From contig JALCBJ010000030.1 in NCBI GenBank assembly GCA_028066595.1, forward strand, positions 8,580 through 72,579: DNA of 64,000 bases, read 5' to 3'. The notes beneath the pieces are model-generated. The model worked only from the letters and a program-made list of their open reading frames with translations. It did no database searches and was not told the DNA's origin. The position numbers and the translations under genes were made by a program. The first letter of the stretch is position 1. Every line of letters starts with the position of its first letter. Origin of the DNA: Thermoanaerobaculia bacterium (GTDB lineage Bacteria; Acidobacteriota; Thermoanaerobaculia; Multivoradales; J023). Below, in pieces: positions 20,001-29,124 of the stretch.

Positions 20001-22538
20001 TTGATGCTCAGTCTCCTCTCCCCACGCCGTCTGGCGGCCCGGTTGATGACCGCCTCCGCCCATCGCCCGAGAACCGTTCTGTGGACGTCGGGTGCTCTTC
20101 TCTTGTTGGCATTGTTCGTTGCATCGAGGGTGCAGATCGATGCCGACGTTCTCGCGCTCTTGCCTGAGAGCGACGAAGCGGTGGCCGATTTCCGCGAGAC
20201 CATGGACCGTTTCGGCGGGCTCAACCTCCTGCTGGTCGCGCTGGAAGTGGATCCCGCAGAACGACAACGGTCCGGGATCCGTCCGGCGCTCTCGTATGCC
20301 GATCATCTGGCACGGGAGGTACGAGCGCTCGAGTCGATCCGGTGGCTCGAGTACCATCGGGACGATCTTCGGGACGCGGCCCTCGATCTTCTGCCCTGGG
20401 CACCGCTCTTCATGTCGGAGAGCGATCTAGAGGAGTTGCTCGCCACCGTCGAAGATCCGGAGAAGCTGGATCGAGCTGTGGCCGAGTTGAAGGCCTCCCT
20501 GCGGTCTCCCGCGAACCTGCCGTTCAAGGACCTCCGGGTCGTCGATCCATTCGGAATGGTGCCCCGGGCGGCGGATCGCTTCGCCCAGTCCGGTGTGGAG
20601 CAGCGCTTCGACTCCGGCACCGGGTATGTGCTCGATCCAGAGGAGCGATTCGTGCTGCTGTTGGCGGAACCGACCCGCCCGGCGGCAGACGTCGTCTTCG
20701 GTCGGCGTTTGTTGGCCGACCTCGAAGCGGCTTCGGCGCGTGCGACAGAAACCTGGCGCGCAGAGGGCTGGGACGGTGATCCGCCGCGGGTGCGCATCGG
20801 TGGCGGACACGCGGTCGCGGTGTACGACTCTCAACTGATCGTCGGAGATCTGAGTGTCGGATCGGCTGGGGCGCTGGTAGCGGTGATCACGCTATTCGCT
20901 GTTGCGTTCGGTCGTCCCATTTCTCTGGTGGTGGCAGCCGTGCCGTTACTCGCCGGTCTCGTGTTCACTGCCGCGTTCGGCGTCGCCACTCTGGGACGAC
21001 TCGATGCGGTGACCGGCTCCTTCGCGGCCTTGCTGATCGGCCTTGGAGTAGATTTCGTCATCGTGCTCTACGGCCGCTACGTGGAGGAGCGACGTTCCGG
21101 TGTCGATCACGCGACGGCGGTCGGCGATGGCCTGCGTCATACCGCGTCTGGCGTCATGCTGGGAGCCGTCACCACCGCTGCCACCTTCTACGCCTTCCTC
21201 ATCTCCGACTTTAAGGGTCTGTGGCGTCTCGGCTGGCTGACGGGCGGCGGGATCCTGCTCGTGATGACGACAGTCTTCGTCCTACTGCCGGCGATCTTGG
21301 GTAGCGCGGAGCAGCGCTTCGGAGAGAAGACGCATCGTATTCGGGGCTTCGGGGCCAGGCACCTCTTCCGCTGGAGTTTGCGTCGACCCAAGACCATGGT
21401 GGCACTCAACCTGGTACTGACTGTCTTCCTGGGACTCGGCGCGTTGCGCGTGGAGTACACCGACGACGCGCTGGCGCTGCGATCGACCGAGAATCCAGGT
21501 GGCCAAACACAGACCGAGGTCATGCGCGCTTTTGGGTTGCGCTTCGTGCCCTACATGGTGCGAGTCGACGGCGTCGACGAAGCGGAGGCGCTGGCGCGGG
21601 CTCGCCGCGTCGACACTGCGATTCGGAAACTGGTGGACGGCGAGGCGCTGGCGAAGGTGGAGTCGATCGCGTCTTGGCTGCCCGATCCTGCGCACCAGGA
21701 GAAGCAATTGGAACGCCTGCGTCGCTTCGACCCTGGAACCGACCTACGCCAGCGACTCGAAGAGGCGTTTCGCCGGGGAGGGCTGTCTCCCGAGGGCTTC
21801 GCCCGCGGTCTCGATCACCTGGAGAAGGCCCTCGGTTTGGAACGACCGCTCCTCCCCAGTACTCTGGCGGAGACCGCGCTGGCTCCAGCCGTGGGCCGTT
21901 ACTCTTGGTTGGGGAGCGCTGGCGCCTCGACGGTGATCTACGCCTATCCGCCCCCGGATCGATGGCGTACGGAGATGCCGCCGGGCCTCGAGGAGACCAT
22001 CGCCGCGGCGGGACTACAAGATCACGTGGCGATTACCGGCACGCAGGTCGTATCGTGGCGGCTCAAGGAAGTCGTCTGGCGCGACGCCCGCCGAGCGACC
22101 TTGCTGGGGACCGCCGTCGTCTTCGTCTTCCTTGCCTTCGACCTCGGCGGGATCCGCAGAGCTGTGCTGGCCCTGTTGCCACTCGGCGTAGGCATCGTCT
22201 GGATGTTGGGGTTGATGGCGCTCGCCGGCATCCAGGTCAACTTCATGAATCTGTTCGTCTTCACGATGATCCTCGGAATCGGCGTGGACTACGGAATTCA
22301 CCTGGTACATCGCAGGCGCGAGGCCGGCGATCAAGCCCTTCCCGGCACGGCCGCCGCGATCGCGGTCGCCGCGCTGACGACGGTATGCGGCTTCGGTTCG
22401 CTCGTCTTCAGCCATTTTCCCGGTCTACAGAGCATGGGAGCTGCCGCTATTTTCGGCACGCTGTCGACGGCTTGGCTATCGGTGACATTGCTGCCGGCTC
22501 TCTTCGCTTGGCGGCGCGAGACATCACGGGATCCATGA
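20001..22538 (+). CDS. MMPL/RND-superfamily exporter (HpnN-like lipid transporter)
   Basis: 845 aa with two repeated blocks of ~6 TM helices, each followed by a large soluble loop, as in MMPL/HpnN exporters. Co-directional and directly downstream of the two acyltransferases. Confidence 0.7.
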   Translation: MMLSLLSPRRLAARLMTASAHRPRTVLWTSGALLLLALFVASRVQIDADVLALLPESDEAVADFRETMDRFGGLNLLLVALEVDPAERQRSGIRPALSYADHLAREVRALESIRWLEYHRDDLRDAALDLLPWAPLFMSESDLEELLATVEDPEKLDRAVAELKASLRSPANLPFKDLRVVDPFGMVPRAADRFAQSGVEQRFDSGTGYVLDPEERFVLLLAEPTRPAADVVFGRRLLADLEAASARATETWRAEGWDGDPPRVRIGGGHAVAVYDSQLIVGDLSVGSAGALVAVITLFAVAFGRPISLVVAAVPLLAGLVFTAAFGVATLGRLDAVTGSFAALLIGLGVDFVIVLYGRYVEERRSGVDHATAVGDGLRHTASGVMLGAVTTAATFYAFLISDFKGLWRLGWLTGGGILLVMTTVFVLLPAILGSAEQRFGEKTHRIRGFGARHLFRWSLRRPKTMVALNLVLTVFLGLGALRVEYTDDALALRSTENPGGQTQTEVMRAFGLRFVPYMVRVDGVDEAEALARARRVDTAIRKLVDGEALAKVESIASWLPDPAHQEKQLERLRRFDPGTDLRQRLEEAFRRGGLSPEGFARGLDHLEKALGLERPLLPSTLAETALAPAVGRYSWLGSAGASTVIYAYPPPDRWRTEMPPGLEETIAAAGLQDHVAITGTQVVSWRLKEVVWRDARRATLLGTAVVFVFLAFDLGGIRRAVLALLPLGVGIVWMLGLMALAGIQVNFMNLFVFTMILGIGVDYGIHLVHRRREAGDQALPGTAAAIAVAALTTVCGFGSLVFSHFPGLQSMGAAAIFGTLSTAWLSVTLLPALFAWRRETSRDP

Positions 22539-22550
22539 TCCCGCCGGTGG

Positions 22551-23000
22551 CTATTCGAATCGGCGCATCGGGATGTGGGGGATGCCCACTTCGGTGAAGC
22601 GTTCGCCGTCGTCTTGGAAGCCGAGACTCTCGTAGAACTCCTGGAGGTGAGATTGGGCGTTCAGGACGAATCGTCGGTGTCCGGATCGCCTCGCCTCTTC
22701 GACGACGAAACGCACGAGTGGCCTGCCATAGCCGTTTCCGCGATGCGCCTCGAGTATGGCGAAGCGCTCCAGTTTCGCGGCTGGAGCGCCGCGATAGGCG
22801 ACGACGCGCCAACGGGCGCAGGCGGCTGGCTCGCCCTCGATGACTCCGAGGACGTGTCGGGCCGTAGCGTCGTGCTCGTCCCACTCGTCCGAAGGTGAAC
22901 AGCGCTGTTCCTCCACGAAGACACGCTGGCGGATGCTCTGGACTGCCCGCCAGCCCTCGTCGTCCACCACGCGGACGAATCGGATCTCGGGCGCGGTCAT
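22551..23000 (-). CDS. GNAT family N-acetyltransferase
   Basis: 149 aa with GNAT motif A (LEAHRGNGYGRPLV). Confidence 0.75.
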   Translation of the reverse strand: MTAPEIRFVRVVDDEGWRAVQSIRQRVFVEEQRCSPSDEWDEHDATARHVLGVIEGEPAACARWRVVAYRGAPAAKLERFAILEAHRGNGYGRPLVRFVVEEARRSGHRRFVLNAQSHLQEFYESLGFQDDGERFTEVGIPHIPMRRFE

Positions 23001-23003
23001 GGT

Positions 23004-25223
23004 TCAGGGTGCGGGCTCGACACCCATCTCGCGGAGCAGGAAATCGACTTGATCGATCTCGTCCATCATCCAGAGCATGTAGCGCACGTCGACGTTGATG
23101 GAGCGCGATACCTGCGGCAGAAAGTCCCAGTCCGAGATGATCGACTCCCAGTTGCCGTCGAAGGCCAAGCCGACGAGTCGGCCTTTGCCGTCGAGCACTG
23201 CCGAGCCGGAATTCCCGCCCGTGATGTCGAGATCGGCCAGGAAATTGACGGGTACCGTTTCCTTTTCACCGTGCAGAAGTCCCTGGACGCCGTACTGGCC
23301 ATGGCGCTCGTCGCGAACGGCTTCCAACACCTCCGCCGGAGCATCGAAGGGCGCCTCTCCCGTGTCCTTCTGTAGCAGGCCCTGGAGAGTGGTAAACGGC
23401 AGGTGTGAGGAGCCGTCCCGCGGCGAGTAGCCTTGGACGTTGCCGAAAGTTACACGCAACGTGCTGTTGGCATCGGGGTACACCGAGCGACCCAGAGAGT
23501 CCAGATAGCTCAGGAGAGCCTCCATGTACTTTGGACGCCGGGAGCTGATCTTGCCGGACAGCTCCTCGGCAGCAACCTCTCGTCGCATGGTCTCGTCGTA
23601 CAACGCCACCACCGCTGCGAGGAACGGATCGTCCGACGATTCGATGTCTTCCGTCGTGGCATCGATCAGCGCGAGCCGTACCTCACCATCGTCCAGGCGC
23701 GTCCCGGAGTAGAAACGCTCCAGTGCGCTGTCGACTTGAGACTCCAGAGACTTTGACTCGTCCTCGGTCGAGGTCCCAGCAGACGGATCGACACCGAACA
23801 GCGAGTCGATCACATCGATACGCACCGAAGGTTCGGCGGTGAAGTACTCGAGAATTCCATCTTTCCAGAGCGCTCGGTCGACGTCGGGATCGAAGCGCCG
23901 GTCCTGGCGCTCCAGACGCGCCCGGAAGAATCGCATGTCGCGTTCCTGATATCCGGACTTGCGCTCGGCATCGGGCTTTTCCTGCTCCTTTGCCAGGCGG
24001 TGGAGTCGCGAAGCCGTCCGGTAGAGAGTGCTGCCGAGCGCGCCGAATTGGAGGCTGTCCCGCAGGTCGTCGGCGTGGGCTTCGGATAGCAGATCGCGCA
24101 GTTCCTTCAGCGCGTCACCCCAGCGAGCCTTGCGGTCGGGGTCGGCCTCGATCCAGGCGGCCAGCTCGGATTCCAGGGCCTTCTTCCGCTCCAGCATGTT
24201 GCCCTTGGAATAGCCTTCCAACATGCCCTTGCGGTTCTTCAAGCCATTGTTGATACCGCCGACCATGCTGGCGTATTTGATCGCTGCTTCCGGATCGTCG
24301 GCGGTTGCCTCGTCGATGATTCCGAGCGTCTCGGTCATCTGCTCGACACCGTACGGATAGCTCCATCCGAAGGTGTGCTCGATCTCGGCCGCCAGACGAT
24401 GGCGGCTGGTGAAGCCTGGATAGCCCAGTACCATAACGAAGTCGCCGCTCTGGACACCATCGGGAGCCACCTCGAGATAGCTCGTAGGACGATAGGGCAC
24501 GTTCTCCTCCGCCGGGTCGGCGGGCTCGCCGTCGGGCGACACGTAGGCGCGATAGAACGCAAAGTCGCCGGTGTGACGGGGCCACTGCCAATTGTCGACA
24601 TCGCCACCGTAGCGTCCCACCGATCCCTTGGGCGCATAGACGATCCGTACGTCGCGGATCTCCAGCTGCTTGGTCAATCGGTAGTGGTGGCCGCCGTGGT
24701 AGGACGCGACTCGACAGCGATGACCCTCGTCTTCCTCACACTCGGCGACGATCGCCTTACGGCGATCTTCCCGGGCATCGTAGCGAGCCTTGCCGTCGAG
24801 CTCTTCCAGGCCCTCGGTCATGCGCGAAGTGACGTCGTCGAAAGCTACCGTAACCAGGATTCGCGAGCCGGGCCCGGCTGCGATCTCCTCCGAGCGCTCG
24901 TGGGCGATGAAGCCGTCCTGGATCAGGTTCCGCTCTTCCGTGGAGTTGAGCTGCAGCGCGCCGTAGGCGCAGTGGTGATTTGTCACCGCCAGACCGTCGG
25001 CGGAGACGAACGACGCAGTGCAACCACCGAGGGAGATCACGGCGCTCATGGGATGTTGCGTCACGTCAGCCAGGGTGGAGGGTGGAACCTCGAGTCCGGC
25101 GTCCTTCAGAGCCGGGGCGATGTCGGGAAGCTGTTCCGGAGTCCACATTCCCTCGCGGGCGGACGCAGGAGCGGTCAGGAGTAGAGCTGCGAGGCAGGTG
25201 AGTAGGGGGCGTTCGAGGCGCAT
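23004..25223 (-). CDS. Peptidase S46 family serine dipeptidyl-peptidase (DPP7/DPP11-like), secreted
   Basis: Signal peptide; catalytic-His region GGCTASFVSADGLAVTNHHC; catalytic-Ser region DLDITGGNSGSAVLDGKGRLVGLAFDG. 739 aa fits the S46 size. Confidence 0.8.
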   Translation of the reverse strand: MRLERPLLTCLAALLLTAPASAREGMWTPEQLPDIAPALKDAGLEVPPSTLADVTQHPMSAVISLGGCTASFVSADGLAVTNHHCAYGALQLNSTEERNLIQDGFIAHERSEEIAAGPGSRILVTVAFDDVTSRMTEGLEELDGKARYDAREDRRKAIVAECEEDEGHRCRVASYHGGHHYRLTKQLEIRDVRIVYAPKGSVGRYGGDVDNWQWPRHTGDFAFYRAYVSPDGEPADPAEENVPYRPTSYLEVAPDGVQSGDFVMVLGYPGFTSRHRLAAEIEHTFGWSYPYGVEQMTETLGIIDEATADDPEAAIKYASMVGGINNGLKNRKGMLEGYSKGNMLERKKALESELAAWIEADPDRKARWGDALKELRDLLSEAHADDLRDSLQFGALGSTLYRTASRLHRLAKEQEKPDAERKSGYQERDMRFFRARLERQDRRFDPDVDRALWKDGILEYFTAEPSVRIDVIDSLFGVDPSAGTSTEDESKSLESQVDSALERFYSGTRLDDGEVRLALIDATTEDIESSDDPFLAAVVALYDETMRREVAAEELSGKISSRRPKYMEALLSYLDSLGRSVYPDANSTLRVTFGNVQGYSPRDGSSHLPFTTLQGLLQKDTGEAPFDAPAEVLEAVRDERHGQYGVQGLLHGEKETVPVNFLADLDITGGNSGSAVLDGKGRLVGLAFDGNWESIISDWDFLPQVSRSINVDVRYMLWMMDEIDQVDFLLREMGVEPAP

Positions 25224-25363
25224 GAGTTTCTTCTCCTGACGAGTCGGTCAGCGACTGAGTCTGCAACGGATCTTGGAGAGCACAGAGCGGCGAGTCCTCG
25301 GGTGGGACGATGCGAAGGACTCGGGGGACTGGCAGGCCAATGTAGTCGACGGGTCCCTGGGGG

Positions 25364-26590
25364 TCAAGGAGTCGAGCGCCGACCCAGGTAGCCCCAACTG
25401 AAGTGCAGACCGATATCGGGTGTGTTGTCCATGTTGAAGAGGTTTTCGGTCAAGCCCAGGCCGAAGACTCCGAGACGGGTGTCCCATTTCATGGCGAGTG
25501 TGAGCTGGAATTCGCCCTTGGTCAGCTCAGAGTCGGTGATGTCGCGGAACGGATGCTCCGCCATCAACATCTGCAGCATGATGCGCGTGGATTCCCAGCG
25601 CCGAAAGGCATGCAGCCAGGTCAGATGCAGAGTCGGCAGGTTCGGTGGGTCGAACTGTGCCTGCTCGAAGTCGCCCGGGATCACGTAGTCGAAATTGAAG
25701 ATGAAGGCATCGCGGGTCCAGCGCCGATCCGCCGTCAGCTGCAGTCCGAAATCGAAGCCGCCACTGGACAGGAAGGTGGCCTCGTCGGCGATGGGGATCT
25801 TGATCCCGCCGGACAATGCGAATTGCCAGCCCGACGATCGTTTGGGAAAGCCGTACCGGAAGCTGACCACCGGGTCGCTGAACCCACCGGAGGTCGGGCG
25901 CTCGGTGACCACCAGGGGTTGCCCACCAGCGTCGGCTCCGACCCCAAGAACCACCTGGAACTGGTCGTCGGTGACGTACTGACGTCCCTGCTGGCCAAAG
26001 CCGAACTCGTCGTGGAAGTCGAAGATCGAGCCGTCGAGCTCACCCCCGCTGTAGCCGATGTAGTACCAGCCGATCGCGAGATCGAGACGTTCGGTGACGC
26101 CGTAGAAGGCGTTGAAGTCCCAGAAGCTGAATTCGCCGTCGATATAGAAGGCGCTTCCCGCAGGCTGGGCGAGGATCGCGTCGATGTCCGCGGTGTCGAG
26201 GGGTCTGCGCTCACCTTCAGCACGAGTCGACGCAAGGTATTCCTCCACCTCCGGGCTGACCTGGAAGTTATTGACCTGGGAGAAGTGCGCCTCGAGGGCC
26301 CAGTTTCCTCGGCCCAGCGGTGCTGCTGGCATGGGCGCGAAGGCGAGCACCAGGTGTGAGGGGAAGGTGAAATCGCGGATGCGCATCGGCACGCCGATCG
26401 GGTCGGACGCGAGCGGGTCCGGTATCCGTACTTCGTCGTCAACGACATCTTGGGACTGTTTTGCCTCGGCGGGCTGCGGCTCGACTCCATCGTCGTCGAT
26501 GGCGACCTCGATAGAGGCCCGAGCCAGCACTGGCAAGGCGAGGGTCAATCCGAGGCAAACGAGGAACCGTCGGGACCTGGCCTGTTTCAT
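25364..26590 (-). CDS. Hypothetical secreted / outer-membrane protein (signal peptide; beta-strand-rich, aromatic-rich)
   Basis: ORF trimmed to MKQARSRRFLVCLGLTLALPVLARA (ATG at 26590). Alternating aromatic/hydrophilic pattern; no family recognised (possibly DUF3187-like). Confidence 0.5.
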   Translation of the reverse strand: MKQARSRRFLVCLGLTLALPVLARASIEVAIDDDGVEPQPAEAKQSQDVVDDEVRIPDPLASDPIGVPMRIRDFTFPSHLVLAFAPMPAAPLGRGNWALEAHFSQVNNFQVSPEVEEYLASTRAEGERRPLDTADIDAILAQPAGSAFYIDGEFSFWDFNAFYGVTERLDLAIGWYYIGYSGGELDGSIFDFHDEFGFGQQGRQYVTDDQFQVVLGVGADAGGQPLVVTERPTSGGFSDPVVSFRYGFPKRSSGWQFALSGGIKIPIADEATFLSSGGFDFGLQLTADRRWTRDAFIFNFDYVIPGDFEQAQFDPPNLPTLHLTWLHAFRRWESTRIMLQMLMAEHPFRDITDSELTKGEFQLTLAMKWDTRLGVFGLGLTENLFNMDNTPDIGLHFSWGYLGRRSTP

Positions 26591-26752
26591 CTCTGGGGGG
26601 ATCGCTGGAAGTCGTCGGGAAAATCTCAAGAGACGCTATCGCGAGACTATCAGTGTCAATGGGTTGACAGGGCTGGAGGATCTCTGTTTTCGTGTCGGAC
26701 TCGTGTTTGACGGAGGCGGCCCTCGCCGTCGACGGTCCCGGAGTGAATCCCC

Positions 26753-28501
26753 ATGTGTTCGATCTTCGCGTTGCTCGATCTCGTAACCCCTGCCGACGGC
26801 GAAGCTTTGCGTGGGTTGCTGCTCGAGTGCTCCCGTCGCCAGCGCCATCGAGGTCCCGATTGGAGTGGTGTCTATACCGACGAGGGCGCGCTGCTGGCCC
26901 ACGAGCGACTGGCGATCGTTGACGTGGACAACGGTGCCCAACCGCTGCGTAGCGCCGACGGACGTAGGGTGCTGGCGGTCAATGGTGAGATCTACAACCA
27001 CCGAGCGCTGCGCGACCGGCTGACGATTCCATACGAGTTCCAAACCGGATCGGACTGCGAGGTCATCCTCGGTATGTTCCCCGAATCCGTACGGGCAGCA
27101 GATCGCAATGCCGCGACGGTCCGCATGCTCGAAGCGCTCAACGGCATCTTTGCATTCGTTCTGTGGGACGCCGACGAGGATCGATATTTGGTCGCCCGCG
27201 ACCCGATAGGCGTGATCCCACTCTACTGGGGACGGGACGAACAGGGACGCCGCGTCGTCGCCTCCGAGATGAAGGCGTTGTACGACGTCTGTGGTGATTT
27301 CGAGGCCTTTCCGCCGGGGCACTTCTTCGACAGCCGAGGTGGCGTCGAAGGGAAGGGCGAGCTCATCCGCTACTACCGCCCGCTGTGGCGTCGGCATTCG
27401 GAGGCCGAAGCCTCGAGCGACCAGGCAGCTGCGGAGACCGCCGCCGCCGCGCGCATCCGAGATGCTCTCGATGCTGCCGTCGCTCGCCAGCTCATGACCG
27501 ACGTTCCCTATGGCGTCCTCCTCTCGGGCGGGCTCGACTCGTCGGTGATCGCGGCGTTGGCGGCTCAGCACGCGCGCCGTCGCGTAGAGACCGACGAACG
27601 AGAGGAGGCCTGGTGGCCGAGGTTGCACACTTTCGCCGTCGGTCTGGAAGGTAGCCCCGATCTGGCCGCCGCACGGAAGGTGGCCGATCACCTGGAAACC
27701 GTGCATCACGAGATGCACTACACGATCCAGGAAGGTCTGGATGCTCTGCGAGACGTGATCTGGCATATCGAGACCTTCGACGTCACGACCATCCGTGCCT
27801 CGACTCCGATGTATCTCATGGCGCGGCGTATCAAGGCCATGGGTGTGAAGATGGTGCTCTCCGGCGAAGGGTCGGACGAGATCTTCGGTGGCTACCTCTA
27901 CTTCCACAAGGCGCCGGACGCCGAGGAGTTTCACGCCGAGACCGTGCGCAAGCTCGACGCGCTTCACCTCTTCGATTGTCTGCGCGCCAACAAGTCGATG
28001 GCGGCATGGGGTGTGGAGGCGCGTGTGCCGTTCCTCGATCGCGAGTTTCTGGATGTCGCGATGGCCGTGCCCGCACTGTTCAAGATGACGCAGGGCGCCG
28101 GTGGAACGCCGCGCATAGAGAAGCATGTGCTGCGCCTGGCCGTAGAAGATCTTTTGCCTCACGACGTGGTCTGGCGCCAGAAGGAACAGTTTTCGGACGG
28201 AGTCGGTTATGGCTGGATCGACTCGCTGCGCGCCTTGGCGGAGGAACAGGTATCGGACGACGAGCTTCGCCGAGCCGAGTTCCGCTTTCCCCGCAACACG
28301 CCCGCGACGAAAGAGGCCTATCTCTACCGGAGCCTGTTCGCAGAACAGTTTCCCTCCGAAGCCGCCGTCGCGACCGTCCCGGGAGGGAAGAGCATCGCCT
28401 GCAGCTCACCTGTCGCCATTGCCTGGGACGCTTCGTTTGGCGCCAACGCCGATCCGTCAGGGCGGGCGATTCGCGACGTGCATGTGGCGGAAGAAAGCTA
28501 A
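26753..28501 (+). CDS. asnB: Asparagine synthetase B (glutamine-hydrolysing)
   Basis: N-terminal MC (Cys2 nucleophile), Ntn-amidotransferase domain, and PP-loop SGGLDSS in the synthetase domain. 582 aa. Confidence 0.9.
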   Translation: MCSIFALLDLVTPADGEALRGLLLECSRRQRHRGPDWSGVYTDEGALLAHERLAIVDVDNGAQPLRSADGRRVLAVNGEIYNHRALRDRLTIPYEFQTGSDCEVILGMFPESVRAADRNAATVRMLEALNGIFAFVLWDADEDRYLVARDPIGVIPLYWGRDEQGRRVVASEMKALYDVCGDFEAFPPGHFFDSRGGVEGKGELIRYYRPLWRRHSEAEASSDQAAAETAAAARIRDALDAAVARQLMTDVPYGVLLSGGLDSSVIAALAAQHARRRVETDEREEAWWPRLHTFAVGLEGSPDLAAARKVADHLETVHHEMHYTIQEGLDALRDVIWHIETFDVTTIRASTPMYLMARRIKAMGVKMVLSGEGSDEIFGGYLYFHKAPDAEEFHAETVRKLDALHLFDCLRANKSMAAWGVEARVPFLDREFLDVAMAVPALFKMTQGAGGTPRIEKHVLRLAVEDLLPHDVVWRQKEQFSDGVGYGWIDSLRALAEEQVSDDELRRAEFRFPRNTPATKEAYLYRSLFAEQFPSEAAVATVPGGKSIACSSPVAIAWDASFGANADPSGRAIRDVHVAEES

Positions 28502-28589
28502 TCGTCATCGGGTCCCGGCTCACGAAGCGAGGCAGATGAAGCAGAGCGGCCCTGCATCCAAGAAACGAGATTGGGCTAATGTCGTATAG

Positions 28590-29063
28590 ATGACCGTGCG
28601 ACCCACAGTCCACCTGCCGAGGGATGAGCCGGACTTCTTCACCCGGCTGACGCCATGGCTCGTCGCTGCCTGCCTGACGGCCGGCATGGGTTGGCTCGTT
28701 CAGTCCGCTGGCGACGGACATGTTCACGTGACGGCGAAGGGGGTCGAGCGCCACCATCACGGTCACCTGGGTGAACACACCCACGATGCAGCGGGCGGCC
28801 ACGTCCACGAGTATGCGGGCGACGAGAAGCAGGACACCGAAGACGATCCTTATGGCTCCGAGAACCAGATCGGCTTCTTCTCCGCGGTTTGGGTGGCGCA
28901 GTCCGCTCCGGCCCTACCTACCGGATTGCCTGTCCTTGCTGTCGTCGCCGCGTCCGCGCTCCCACCGGCGTTTGCGCCTCCGACGCGAGACGCCGCGGCC
29001 CAGGTACAGCCGCGCGGACCGCCCGGCCAGCGGGTCTCGGAACCAGGCAGCCGCGCGGTCTGA
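28590..29063 (+). CDS. Small His-rich membrane-associated protein (putative metal-binding) upstream of a TonB-dependent receptor
   Basis: 157 aa with high GC3; His cluster GDGHVHVTAKGVERHHHGHLGEHTHDAAGGHVHEY; one N-terminal and one C-terminal hydrophobic segment. No recognised family. Confidence 0.4.
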   Translation: MTVRPTVHLPRDEPDFFTRLTPWLVAACLTAGMGWLVQSAGDGHVHVTAKGVERHHHGHLGEHTHDAAGGHVHEYAGDEKQDTEDDPYGSENQIGFFSAVWVAQSAPALPTGLPVLAVVAASALPPAFAPPTRDAAAQVQPRGPPGQRVSEPGSRAV

Positions 29064-29124
29064 CGCCTAGCGCCAAGAGGTCTTGGGCGGGTGATCGCCC
29101 GCGCAAACCAAGATCGGAGGCATC

